The translations under genes were made by a program, and so were the position numbers. Below the pieces are notes generated by a model that did no database searches, was not told where the DNA came from, and saw only the letters and a list, made by a program, of their open reading frames with translations. From an uncultured delta proteobacterium (GTDB lineage: Bacteria; Desulfobacterota; Desulfomonilia; UBA1062), in assembly GCA_963798485.1 (NCBI GenBank), contig CAWCTR010000007.1, positions 32,001 through 96,000 of the forward strand: a stretch of 64,000 nt of DNA, given 5' to 3'. Shown here piece by piece: positions 36,253 to 48,419 of this stretch; position 1 is the first letter of the stretch; each line of letters opens with the position of its first letter.

Positions 36253-36378
36253 GCCCGATTCCCGCCTGAGGTCTTTCGTCGCCGCCAACCAAGCCGCGCA
36301 GCCAACACCCATCCTTTAAACTGGAGCTTGCATCACGGCGCGTGCACTTTCTGTGTGCACCCCGGAACGGAGTAACCC

Positions 36379-37836
36379 TTGCCCGAAACAAAGACAGCCA
36401 CCACCCCCGCCACCAATTTGGACACCATCTACGACGTAGCCATCATCGGCGGCGGCCCGGCCGGCTACACAGCAGCCATTCGCGGAGCGGAGTACGGGCT
36501 GAAAGTTGCGCTCATTGACAATTCTCCAAAACTCGGTGGCACCTGCCTCCACGTCGGCTGCATCCCCACCAAGGCGCTGCTCTTCAACGCCGAGCTCTGG
36601 GATCACCTGAAGAGCGCAGCGGAGTTCGGCATCGCCGGCATCGGCACGCCGCAGCTCGACTGGGCCGCCGTGCTCAACCGCAAAAACTCCATCATCAACA
36701 AGCACGTCAAGGGCCTCGAGTTCCTGATGAAAAAGAACAAGATCACGGTCATCGCTGGCTACGGCAAACTGACCGGTTCCGCCAAAGCCGGCGTGCACAC
36801 CGTCGACGTCGCCGCGGCAAGCGGACAGGTGAGTCAGGTCAAGGCGAAAAACGTCATCGTCGCCAGCGGCTCTGCGGCTAAAATGCTGCCCGGCCTCAAA
36901 CCCGACTCCACCATTCTCACCAACATCGAAATTCTTTCCCTCGACCGTGTGCCCAAGTCACTCATCGTCATCGGCGCGGGTGCGGTGGGCGTCGAGTTCA
37001 GCTCCATCTTCCGCAGCTTCGGCACCGAGGTTACGATTCTCGAATTCCTACCGCGGATTGTTCCCGTCGAGGACGAGGAGATTTCGAAAGAGCTCACGCG
37101 CCTCTTCAAGAAGCGCGGCATCTACGTCAACACCGGCGCCAAGGTTGAGAAAGTCGAGAAGACCGATGCTGGCGTCAAGGTCACCTACACTGACCAGAAC
37201 GGCAAAACTCAAATCAAGGAAGCCGAGAAAGTCCTGGTAGCCGTCGGCCGCTCCGGACAAACAGAAAATGTCGGCCTTGAAAAAACAAAGGTCGAGCTCG
37301 AGCGCGGCTTGGTGAAAGTTGGCCCGGCGCAGGAGACGGCCGAGCCCGGCGTGTATGCCATCGGCGACATCGTCTTCGGAATGCCGCAGCTAGCCCACGT
37401 GGGTTCCATGGCCGGAATGGTGGCCGTTGCCAAAATCGCCGGCCAGAAATTCCGTTCCATCAACCGCAATCGTATCCCCAGCTGCACCTATAGCGACCCA
37501 CAGGTCGGTTCAGTAGGCCTCACCGAGGCGCAGGCCAGGGAAAAAGGACACGACGTCAAGGTCGGCAAGTTCCCCTTCGCCGGTAACTCGAAGGCGACGA
37601 TCGTCGGCAGCCACGACGGCTTTGTGAAAATCGTCTCCGATGCAAAATACGGCGAGATTCTCGGTGTTCACATCCTCGGCCCGCAAGCCACGGAGATCAT
37701 CGCCGAGGCAGTTGCGGTGCTCGAGCTTGAAGGCACGGTCGAGGAGATGATGTTCACGATCCACGCGCATCCGACGTTAGCCGAGTCCATGCTCGACGCT
37801 TACGGCGCAGTCGAAGGCATGGCCATCAATGCGTGA
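36379..37836 (+). CDS. lpdA: dihydrolipoyl dehydrogenase
   Basis: GGGPAGY, GGTCLHVGCIPTK, GAGAVGVE, HAHPTLAE. Confidence 0.97.
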   Translation: MPETKTATTPATNLDTIYDVAIIGGGPAGYTAAIRGAEYGLKVALIDNSPKLGGTCLHVGCIPTKALLFNAELWDHLKSAAEFGIAGIGTPQLDWAAVLNRKNSIINKHVKGLEFLMKKNKITVIAGYGKLTGSAKAGVHTVDVAAASGQVSQVKAKNVIVASGSAAKMLPGLKPDSTILTNIEILSLDRVPKSLIVIGAGAVGVEFSSIFRSFGTEVTILEFLPRIVPVEDEEISKELTRLFKKRGIYVNTGAKVEKVEKTDAGVKVTYTDQNGKTQIKEAEKVLVAVGRSGQTENVGLEKTKVELERGLVKVGPAQETAEPGVYAIGDIVFGMPQLAHVGSMAGMVAVAKIAGQKFRSINRNRIPSCTYSDPQVGSVGLTEAQAREKGHDVKVGKFPFAGNSKATIVGSHDGFVKIVSDAKYGEILGVHILGPQATEIIAEAVAVLELEGTVEEMMFTIHAHPTLAESMLDAYGAVEGMAINA

Positions 37837-37884
37837 CATCCGATTTGCTGAGTCGGATTTGAACGGGAGAAAAGGTCAAAGCAA

Positions 37885-38295
37885 GTGATATCGAAGATAG
37901 TGCTCACGGCAACTGCGATCCTTCTTTTTGGTACGGGATTGGCGCTCAACTTTTTACCCCAGGAAGTTGCCGCCGCATCAGGCCTTGGTAATGCGCCCAT
38001 GGCTGTACGTCTCTTGCAGGTACTCTCCGCCGCTCTTCTCGGCATGGGGTTTCTCAATTGGTTTTCCAAGGGGAATCCAATGGGAGGGATCTATTCGCGG
38101 CCCCTTGCGCTGCAGAATTTCTTGTTCTTTGGCGTGAGTGCAATTGCGCTGGACCGCGCTGCACTTCGCGCTGCGACCCTGCCGGCGATTCAGCTGGCCG
38201 CTTGCGTCGTCACGGTATTCGCCGTTGCTTTCGGTTGGTTGATGTTCATTCACGATCCCATCCCCAAGGAACAGGAAAAAGGGCCGCACCCTTGA
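37885..38295 (+). CDS. hypothetical membrane protein (4 TM)
   Basis: hydrophobic 136-aa ORF with GGIYSRPLAL.N motif. Confidence 0.65.
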   Translation: MISKIVLTATAILLFGTGLALNFLPQEVAAASGLGNAPMAVRLLQVLSAALLGMGFLNWFSKGNPMGGIYSRPLALQNFLFFGVSAIALDRAALRAATLPAIQLAACVVTVFAVAFGWLMFIHDPIPKEQEKGPHP

Positions 38296-38336
38296 TGGCG
38301 CGGCTCCCATTCGTTCGGCGGGTGTTCGGATGATTC

Positions 38337-40376
38337 CTAAAGCTCTGTCGACTGCCCGGCAACGAGCGCCTGCGCCTTCGCGATAAACTCCGCCAGCGGC
38401 ATCGATCCCTGATCGCCCTTGCCGCGCGTGCGCACGCTCACCGCCTCCGCTGCTTCTTCCTTGTCGCCGAAGACAAGAATGTACGGTGTCTTCTGGTTGG
38501 CGAAGTCGCGGATCTTCGCGTTCATCTTCTCGTTGCGGTCGTCCACTTCCACGCGCAGGCCCGCATCCTTCAGCGCCTTCTCCACCTTGTCGGAGTACGC
38601 CTTGTGCCGCTCGCTGATGGGCACCAGGCCCACCTGCACCGGAGCCAGCCAAAGCGGAAACGCTCCTGCGTAATGCTCAATCAGCACGCCGAAGAACCGC
38701 TCCACCGAGCCGAACAGCGCGCGATGCACCATCACCGGCTGATGCCGTCCTCCATCTTCGCCCACATACTCAAGTTCGAAGCGCGCCGGCAAATTGAAGT
38801 CGAACTGCACCGTCGAGAGCTGCCACAAACGCCCCAGCACGTCCACTAGCTTCACGTCGATCTTCGGTCCATAGAACGCCGCTTCGCCCGGAAACGTGTT
38901 GAAAGTCAGTCCGCGTTCCGTGAGCACGTGCTTCAGCGCGCCCTCCGCATTGGCCCAGTCCTCCGCGGTGCCAAAAAAGTCGCCCGCTTTGTTTGGATCG
39001 CGCGTAGAAAGCTCAACACTGATACTCCTTGAAGCCGAAAGTCTTCAGAACCGCCTCGGCAAAATCGATGCATGCATGCACCTCACCCTCAATCTGTTCA
39101 GGAGTGCAGAAGATGTGCGCATCGTCCTGCGTAAAGCCGCGCACCCGCAGCAGGCCATGCATGGTTCCTGAGCGCTCGTAGCGATAAACATTGCCGAACT
39201 CGGCATAGCGTTGCGGCAGATCGCGATAGCTCTTTGGAGAATTCTTGTAGATGAGAATGTGGCCCGGGCAGTTCATCGGTTTCAGCCGGTACTCTGCGTC
39301 GTCCAGCTTCATCGGCGGAAACATGTCCTTGGAATAGACCCCATCGTGGCCGGAAACTTTCCAAAGCTCGCGGCGCATCACGTGCGGCGTGTAGACCAGC
39401 AGGTAGCCGCGGCGCACGCACTCCTCGCGCATCCAGTCCTCCATGAATTTGCGGATCAGGGCTCCCTTGGGATGCCAGAAGATGAGACCCGAGCCCGCCA
39501 GTTCCTGAATGCTGAACAGATCCAGTTGCTTGCCCAGCACGCGATGGTCACGCTTGGCTGCTTCTTCAAGCCGCGCAAAATGAGCATCGAGATCTTTCTG
39601 CGAGAAAAAGGCCGTACCGTGTATGCGCTGCAACTGCGGATTCTTTTCGTCACCCAACCAATAGGCGCCGGCAAGCGTCGTCAGCTTTACGGCTTTCACG
39701 CGGCCTGTCGAAGGCACATGCGGCCCACGGCAAAAATCAATGAACTTGCCGTTGCGATAGAAGCTCACCTCCGAGCCCGGCTCCGTGAACTTGGTCACAA
39801 AGTGCGTCTTCATGAAGTCGCCGTCGCGCTCAAACTCCTTCAGTGCTTCTTCGCGCGGTTCGTACTCGCGTACAAACTTTTCATCGCGTGCTACGACTTC
39901 CGCCATCTTCTTCTCAATCAGCGCAAGATCTTCGGGCGTAAACGGCTTCTCTCGATAGAAGTCATAAAAGAAACCAGAATCGGTCGCGGGCCCATGTCCA
40001 AGCTTGGTTTCAGGAAACAGTTCCAGCACGGCCGTCGCAAGCACGTGCGCGGCCGAGTGGCGCACTACCTTCAGCGCCTCAGGGTCCTTCTCGGTCACCA
40101 GTTCAAGGCGCGTGTCGGCGGTCAATGGCGTCGACAGATCCACCAACCGCGGAGCAGCCGCATCTTCAGCCGCGTACATCGTCGCTTCGGAGGGAGATCG
40201 CCGTTCCCGGTCGAGCCTTGGCTCGAGTCGCCGCCGAGGGGAATCAGCCGCGCAACCACTGAGGCCGCTGCCAGCCGCGGCGAGATGGAGTTGGCAATTT
40301 CAAGCGGTGTTGTGCCCGCGGGCACTTCGCGAATGGCCCCGTCGGGCAGGTGGACTGCAATTGTCTGCTTGCTCAT
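38337..40376 (-). CDS. thrS: threonine--tRNA ligase; frameshifts near ~40,200 and ~39,020
   Basis: LPDG, RHSAAHVLA, FCRGPHVP, RDHRVLG, LKPMNCPGH, RVRGFTQDDAHIF, FYGPKID, HRALFGSVERF. Confidence 0.97.
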
Positions 40377-40576
40377 GATATTGTGTGGGTCCTGGGTTTT
40401 CCGGCCGCTGCCCTTGTCGGCAACTGCGGCAACCCTTCAGGATATACCGTCGCAAGGGGAACCATCGGGCCAGACAACCCGTAATGATTTCTGATACTGT
40501 TTCGCGCTCTAGCCGTTGTGTCTTTGTCATCCCCATATGCAGACGCAACAATCTCTCGTTAGTGAAAGGCAAAAAC

Positions 40577-41941
40577 ATGCACTTCAATCTGCGGAGCTTT
40601 GCACTCTTTCTCCTGCTTGCCGGTTTTGTCGCAGGCCCAGCCTGCTCGCAGCCAGCCATTCAGCCCAACGTCGACATCACGCAGGTTCCGGCCGCGGCCC
40701 AGCCTTCACCGCAATTTAACGCCGATGCGGCCACTGAGGCCTACATGGCCATGATCCCTCCCGCCGCGACCGCGCGCTCCAACGCCTATTTCGAAGGCGG
40801 CTATTGGCTGGTTCTCTGGGATTTCCTTATCTCCTCCGCGATCTATCTTTTGCTTCTGCAAACGCGTTGGTCGGCACGCATGCGCGATCTGGCTGTGCGC
40901 ACCTCCCGCTTCAAGCCGCTGCAAACCTTCCTCTATTTCGCACAGTTCATCGTCGTCACCTACGTGTTGGGCTACCCGCTCGAGTACTACGAAGGCTTCG
41001 CCCGCGAGCACAAATATGGCCTGGCTACCCAAACCTTCGGTCCATGGATGGGCGACGAGGGCAAGGCTCTTCTGGTGAACCTCGTTTTGGGTGGACTTGT
41101 CGCCGTTGCCCTCTTTGCCATTGTGCGCAAGCTGCGCACAACCTGGTGGATCTGGGGCGCAATTGTCGCCATGGTCTTCGCCACGATTGCCGTTGCCATC
41201 GGCCCTGTCTACCTGCAACCCATCTTCAACAAGGTAACCCTCCTCAACGACCCGAAAATCACAACGCCGATCCTCAAAATGGCGCACGCCAACGGGATTC
41301 CAACCAACGACGTGTACGAGATCGACGCCAGCCGCCAGACCACGCGCATGAGCGCCAACGTAAGCGGCTTTGCCAACACCATGCGCATTACGTTGAACGA
41401 CAATCTGCTCAAGCGGGGCTCGCCTGAAGAAATTCAGTCCGTCATGGGTCATGAGATGGGCCACTATGTCATGAACCACATTCCCAAGTTCCTCTTTTTC
41501 CTCGCGGTCTTGTCTCTCGTCTCGTTTGCCTATCTTTACTGGGGGCTCGATTGGGCGCTCCAGCGTTGGGGAGCGCGCTGGGACATTCGCGAGGTGAGCG
41601 ATCCTGCGGTGCTGCCGCTGGCGGCGCTGATGTCAGGGGTTCTGTTTTTTGCGCTCACGCCGATCATGAACACCGTCACGCGCACTCAGGAAAAAGAGGC
41701 CGACATGTTCGGCCTGAATGCAGCCCGCCAGCCCGATGGGTTCGCCCAGGCTGCCATCCACTTGTCGGAATATCGCAAGATGCGGCCCGGCCCCGTCGAA
41801 GAATTTGTCTTCTTCGATCACCCCAGCGGATACAACCGCATTCACTCCGCCATGGTGTGGAAAGGCCAGAATCTGGAGCTGTTCGAGAAGATCCCCTGTC
41901 CGACTGCGGCTCCTCCAGCGAATCCCCCGGCGACACATTGA
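40577..41941 (+). CDS. M48-family (Ste24/CAAX-like) zinc metalloprotease
   Basis: multiple TM, HEMGH, EKEAD, FFDHP. Confidence 0.9.
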   Translation: MHFNLRSFALFLLLAGFVAGPACSQPAIQPNVDITQVPAAAQPSPQFNADAATEAYMAMIPPAATARSNAYFEGGYWLVLWDFLISSAIYLLLLQTRWSARMRDLAVRTSRFKPLQTFLYFAQFIVVTYVLGYPLEYYEGFAREHKYGLATQTFGPWMGDEGKALLVNLVLGGLVAVALFAIVRKLRTTWWIWGAIVAMVFATIAVAIGPVYLQPIFNKVTLLNDPKITTPILKMAHANGIPTNDVYEIDASRQTTRMSANVSGFANTMRITLNDNLLKRGSPEEIQSVMGHEMGHYVMNHIPKFLFFLAVLSLVSFAYLYWGLDWALQRWGARWDIREVSDPAVLPLAALMSGVLFFALTPIMNTVTRTQEKEADMFGLNAARQPDGFAQAAIHLSEYRKMRPGPVEEFVFFDHPSGYNRIHSAMVWKGQNLELFEKIPCPTAAPPANPPATH

Positions 41942-41968
41942 CACGGTCTTGAACAGTTACACCCCAAG

Positions 41969-42001
41969 GGCCCGGCAACTGAAAGTGCCGGGCCTCTTCT
42001 T
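41969..42001 (+). terminator. putative intrinsic terminator
   Basis: GGCCCGGCA-N8-TGCCGGGCC stem followed by a pyrimidine tract, just after the M48 stop. Confidence 0.6.
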
Positions 42002-42207
42002 GTCTGCTCGCTTGAGCTTTTTGAGGCGTCCGCCTCGTAATCCACCTTGGTAACCGCTTATCTTACGGCGGTCACTCGAAATGGGGACCTCACACTGCCC
42101 CGAAAGACCGCCCTCGTTGCAGCCATGGTGGAATGTTCACCTTGGTACGGGCCGCACTATCGTCGCTTGGGTGACTGGGGGACCGTCCCAGCCCGTATGA
42201 GGTCAAA

Positions 42208-42477
42208 ATGCAGGTACTTTGCAAGAGAACAAACGGAAACGCAGAAACCAATTGTTGCGTTTGTGGCCAAGGTTTTGTCATGTTCTGGGATCGGCAGTCG
42301 CACGCTGAGCGGCTCGCAGCGATCCACGAGATTCAGGAGTCGCTTCGCCGTCATCACCGCAATGCGCAGGGCCCCGAGGCGCATCCCAAGGAAAGCTTTC
42401 TGGTTCCCGAGTGGAGCGGCTCCGATTCTTTCGCCGGCAATGCAGTTCCTGGCAGCGCGCCAACCTGGGATCTTTAG
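42208..42477 (+). CDS. small hypothetical protein with Cys/His motif
   Basis: gaggt RBS; CCVCGQGF...LRRHH...HP. Confidence 0.6.
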   Translation: MQVLCKRTNGNAETNCCVCGQGFVMFWDRQSHAERLAAIHEIQESLRRHHRNAQGPEAHPKESFLVPEWSGSDSFAGNAVPGSAPTWDL

Positions 42478-42557
42478 AGGCTTCCTAATTCGTCTACTTT
42501 TGGCGCAGTGCTTCCGGGCGATACACCCTGTGGGCACACCAACTCCGAGAGGACCGG

Positions 42558-43036
42558 ATGAACGGAATGCGGTGGATTGCCTTGCTCGTGTGGTTGGAGG
42601 TTTGCTTCGCTGTTGCGGGACTGGGCGCCTATTGGACTGTCGATGAAGTTACCGCGTGGTACAGGACGCTCGCAAGGCCGTCCATTGCTCCGCCGAACTG
42701 GGTCTTTGGCCCGGTGTGGACATTACTTTATGCGCCGATGTCTTTTGCTGCCTGGCGGGTCTGGTTGGCAGCCGATTCCCACTGCGGACATAGGGTTTGG
42801 CGCTTTTCCTGGTGCAGTTAGTCTTGAGCCTTGCCTGGTCGTGGATATTTTTCAGAGGGCACAACCTGGGGGCCGCGCTCGCTGAAGTCGCGCTGCTTTG
42901 GGTGGCCGTCGGCATCACCACCATGGTTTTCAGGCAGATTTTCCCGTTCGCGGCGTGGTTATTGGCTCCCTATTGGGCATGGGTGAGCTTTGCAACGGCC
43001 TTAAATGCAGCGTTCTGGCGGCTGAACCAAGGTTAG
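42558..43036 (+). CDS. tspO: TspO/MBR-family protein; frameshift near ~42,790
   Basis: WYRTLARPSIAPPNWVFGPVWTLLY, AWSWIFF, LLAPYWAWVSFATALN. Confidence 0.9.
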
Positions 43037-43169
43037 CCAAGCGCCTTCGGGCGGCACACATCTAACTGCGTGGCCCGGGAAGGCCACCGGGTCAGACAAG
43101 CGAGGGCCGAGACCTCCCCCAGCCCTCACTCGTGCTTGCTAGATTCTGCTGGAATCCGGCCTGGAGGGC

Positions 43170-43370
43170 TTAGAGCGGCTGTACGTCAGCAGCTTGCCAG
43201 CCCTTGGGCCCCTTCACCACGTTGAACTGCACTGCCTGACCTTCCTGCAAGCTTTTGAAACCGCTTGAGTTGATCGCGGAATAATGCACAAACACATCTT
43301 CGCCGTTCTGGCGCGAAATAAAGCCGAAGCCCTTCGCGTCATTGAACCACTTCACAGTACCTTGTTCCAT
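43170..43370 (-). CDS. cold-shock protein (CspA family)
   Basis: [33 protein letters not shown]. Confidence 0.97.
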   Translation of the reverse strand: MEQGTVKWFNDAKGFGFISRQNGEDVFVHYSAINSSGFKSLQEGQAVQFNVVKGPKGWQAADVQPL

Positions 43371-43622
43371 TTTGTTCGTATTTCCTGTATTGAATTGCGC
43401 TTGATGAATCGGAGCGACCACTGGCAGAATCTTGCTTGGTTGGGCGAGTTACTGCTCACGCCCGGTTCGGCTCTAACGCTGAAAACAGTGTATCATTGGT
43501 GTCAAAATTCTCTACATGAAATATCTGTCACCGTCTCACTTGGCGATTCCTGTCTCCGGAACCCGCTGACTGGAATGGGCCTTAGCATCCCGATTCCGGC
43601 TGTGATACTGTGAGAGGTCGCC

Positions 43623-44988
<1,366 letters not shown>

Positions 44989-45175
44989 GGCGGATGACGA
45001 ATACGGGCACCTATAAAACAGACCAAGAAAACGTTCTCATTATCATCGGAGCAGGGCTGCAAGCCTTCCGTTCGCCGGGTTTTCAGCATCCTGACCACTC
45101 TGGGCCAATTGCGCATTCCATCTACGCAATGGCCTGTCGAAACCTTCAGAACTCAATCGCGAGGTATTAACTCAA

Positions 45176-46331
45176 ATGCACGATCCAGCCGTCCTCCGTT
45201 CCATGCACCTTGCCCGTTTCAATGCCGAGCCCGCGCTGTTCGTCGCTCCCGGCCGCGTCAACCTGATCGGTGAGCACACCGACTACGCCGAGGGCTTCGT
45301 CATGCCCGTGGCCATCAACTTTGCCACGCTAGCTGCTATCTCGCCGCGCAACGACGGAAAGATCGTCATCTACTCCGAGAACTTTGGAGAGGAAAAAAGC
45401 TTTGAGGCAGCGGCCCTGCCCACCAAGCCGTCCAAAAACTGGAGCGATTATCCCATCGGCGTGGTCGTCATCCTGACCGGCGAAGGAAACAAGATTCCCG
45501 GCTTCAGCCTGAGTTTGTGGGGCGACGTGCCCCTGGGCTCCGGGCTTTCCAGTTCGGCGGCTCTTGAAGTGGTTACCGCACTCGCGGTGTTGTCCCTCAT
45601 CGGCGTCAGCTATCCGGGACCGGTGCTCGCGCGCCTTTGCCAGCGCGTCGAAAATGAGTTCGTCGGCGCCAACTGCGGCATCATGGACCAGTTCATCTCA
45701 GCGAACGGCAAGGAGAATCACGCTCTGCTGCTCGACTGCCGCGACCTCAGCTTCCGTCTTGCTCCCATTCCCGCCGATGTAGCGCTGGTCATCGCAAACA
45801 CGATGGTCAAGCACTCCATTTCGGGCGGCGACTACCCCACCCGCCGCCGCGAGTCTGAAGCTGCCTGCGCGATTATCGCGAGCCACCGCCCCGGAGTTCC
45901 CTTCCTGCGCGATGCCACACTCGAAGACCTCGACAAGTGGGGCCATGAGATGGAGCCCAAGTCGCTGATGCGCGCACGTCACGTGATCAGCGAGAACCTG
46001 CGCACAGTCGCAGCCTCTGAGGCGCTGTTGCGCGGCGACATGAAAGAGTTGGGCCGACTGATGGCCGAGGCTCACGCCAGCTACAGCGGCGACTTTGAGG
46101 GCAGCTGCGTCGAGGCCGATACGATGGTGGCCCTGGCGCAGGATTTGCCAGGCCTGATCGGCGCGCGCCTCACCGGTGGAGGCTTCGGCGGCTGTACCAT
46201 CAACCTGGTGGAGCAGAGCCACGCCGCCGCTTTCGCCAAGGCCCTGGGTGCGCGGTATGCGGCCAAAACCGGCATCGTGCCGCGAGATTCACATCTGCCA
46301 CGCTTCAAACGGCGCTCACAAGCTGGATTAA
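45176..46331 (+). CDS. galK: galactokinase; frameshift near the 3' end
   Basis: APGRVNLIGEHTDY, VPLGSGLSSSAA, CGIMDQ, GARLTGGGFGGC; probable true end ...HICHASNGAHKLD* at 46331. Confidence 0.95.
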
Positions 46332-46647
46332 GTCGTTCCTTTGAGAGCCCCGCGGCCGTGCTTCAGGCTGCGGAGCTGTTCGCGGATTGCCGTGCTCATT
46401 TGCTCCGACCCAGCGGGCGGTGCAACCATCGGAGTCAAATGCAAATTGTTCTCGCTTTTCTGTGCATCCTGCACATCCCACAGAAGTTGGATGACTCTAA
46501 GCATCCGTTAAGCAGAACCTTGATAAAATTGGTTGATGTTTGCCCCATGAGGGTCGGGTAGGTGGTCAAGGTCCGGCGCGCCGCCGCTGGATTCACTTCT
46601 CGGAGGGCTCACTCGCCAGGTGACAGCGGCACGGAGAAATAGAACTG

Positions 46648-48413
46648 ATGCAACCGGGATCAACAAAGCCATTTTCCTACGAGACCTTTCCGAACGCCGG
46701 CCACGTCGCGTACTTCTCGATGGAGATCGCGATCCATCCCTCCATGCCGACCTATTCGGGCGGCCTTGGCGTCCTGGCTGGAGACACGCTGCGCTCCGCG
46801 GCCGACCTTGGCATTCCCCTGATCGCCTTTTCGCTCATACATCGCAAGGGATATTTCCAGCAGCATCTTGATCGCTCAGGCGTGCAGAGTGAAGAAGTTC
46901 AGCCCTGGGATCCGGCGGACTTCTGCACGGAAGAATCGGCGCGGGTCACCGTCTCCATTGAAGACCGCATCGTTACCGTGCGCGCCTGGCGCTACGACAT
47001 GAAGGGCCGCTCCGGCCACGTGGTGCCCATCTACCTGCTGGACACGGATGTGGACGGCAACTCGGGATGGGATCGCGGCCTCACCGATCATCTTTACGGC
47101 GGCGACACGAATTACCGCTTGCAGCAGGAGATTGTTCTCGGCATGGGCGGCGTCGCGCATGGCGCACGCGCTCGGCTACCGGATCAACGTCTACCACATG
47201 AACGAGGGCCACGCCGCGCTGCTGACTCTGGCGCTGCTGGAGCGCCAGCTGGGCGGCGGACCGCTGGGCGCGGCCACTGAAGCCGACATTGAGCAGGTGC
47301 GCAAGAAGTGCGTCTTCACTACGCATACGCCGGTACCGGCCGGCCACGATCGCTTCTCAATTGAGCAGTCTATTCGCATCCTCGGCGGCGACCGTACGGC
47401 GCGCCTTGAGAAGCAGGGCTGTTTTCGCGACGGTCTGCTGAACATGACGCTGCTGGCGCTGCGCTTTTCCCGCTACGCCAACGGCGTCGCCATGCAGCAC
47501 GGCAAAGTTTCCCGCGAAATGTTTCCCGAGTTCTCCGATCGACTCCATCACCAACGGCGTTCACGCGCCCACCTGGGTGTCGGAGCCCATTCAGCAGATG
47601 CTCGATGAGCACATTCCCGCATGGCGGCGCGACAACCTCTATCTGCGCAATGCAATCGATCTGCCTGAAACAAAGATCCAGGCCGCGCATGCTCGTGCCA
47701 AAGAGGCGTTGTTTACAGAGGTAGCTACGCGCACAGGCCTGGTGCTCAATCCAAAAGTGCTTACACTGGGCTTTGCCCGCAGGGCTGCCACGTACAAACG
47801 TGCCAACTTGTTGTTTACCGACCCAGAGCGCCTACTCAGGATTGCCAACGCTGCTGGCGGCTTGCAGATTCTCTACGCCGGCAAGGCGCATCCCCAGGAC
47901 GAGCCCGGCAAGGCGCTCATCCAGCAGGTTGTGGAAGAGGCTGCCAGCTTTTCTGGCGACGTTCTGCGCGTCGTCTATCTCGAAAACTACGCCTGGGACC
48001 TGGGCGCCTTGCTGACTGCCGGCGTGGACGTATGGATCAACACCCCCAAGCGGCCCTACGAAGCTTCGGGGACCAGCGGCATGAAGGCCGCCCTCAATGG
48101 CGTTCCCAGCCTTTCAATTCTCGACGGCTGGTGGATTGAGGGATGCATCGAGGGCTATACGGGGTGGGCGATTGAAGACGGCGCCAGTGACGCAGAGGAA
48201 GCTGAATCGCTCTACGTCAAGCTCGAATCCGCCGTGGTTCCGCTCTATCTTCAGGCGCCCGAAAAGTGGGCGCGCCTCATGCGCAACACCATCGCCTTCA
48301 ACGGCTCCTATTTCAACACCAATAGGATGGTGAAGCAGTACACGCGCAACGCCTACTACCCTGTCAAGCTCGTCGATCAGGTTCCCGTCCGCGAAGAAGT
48401 CTTCGCGGACTAA
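46648..48413 (+). CDS. glgP: alpha-glucan phosphorylase, short form; 2 frameshifts
   Basis: YFSME, YSGGLGVLAGD, HMNEGH, FTTHTPVPAGHD, ITNGVH, GFARRAATYKR, AGKAHP, EASGTSGMK. Confidence 0.93.
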
Positions 48414-48419
48414 GGAGTC

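Noticed and set aside
38337-40376. Programmed frameshifting or pseudogenisation of thrS, purA and gcvT
   Set aside because: I saw no consistent slippery sites, indels are scattered over many unrelated genes, and thrS is essential. Sequencing error is far more likely.
42120-42200. Fluoride or c-di-GMP-II riboswitch resemblance (GGTGGAATGTTCACCTTGG)
   Set aside because: Only a short stem matches. The downstream conserved elements are missing and the downstream gene is not a typical target.
46332-46561. C-terminal extension of GalK in the 461-aa ORF
   Set aside because: It results from a frameshift near ~46,283. The alternative frame gives a normal GalK end at 46331.
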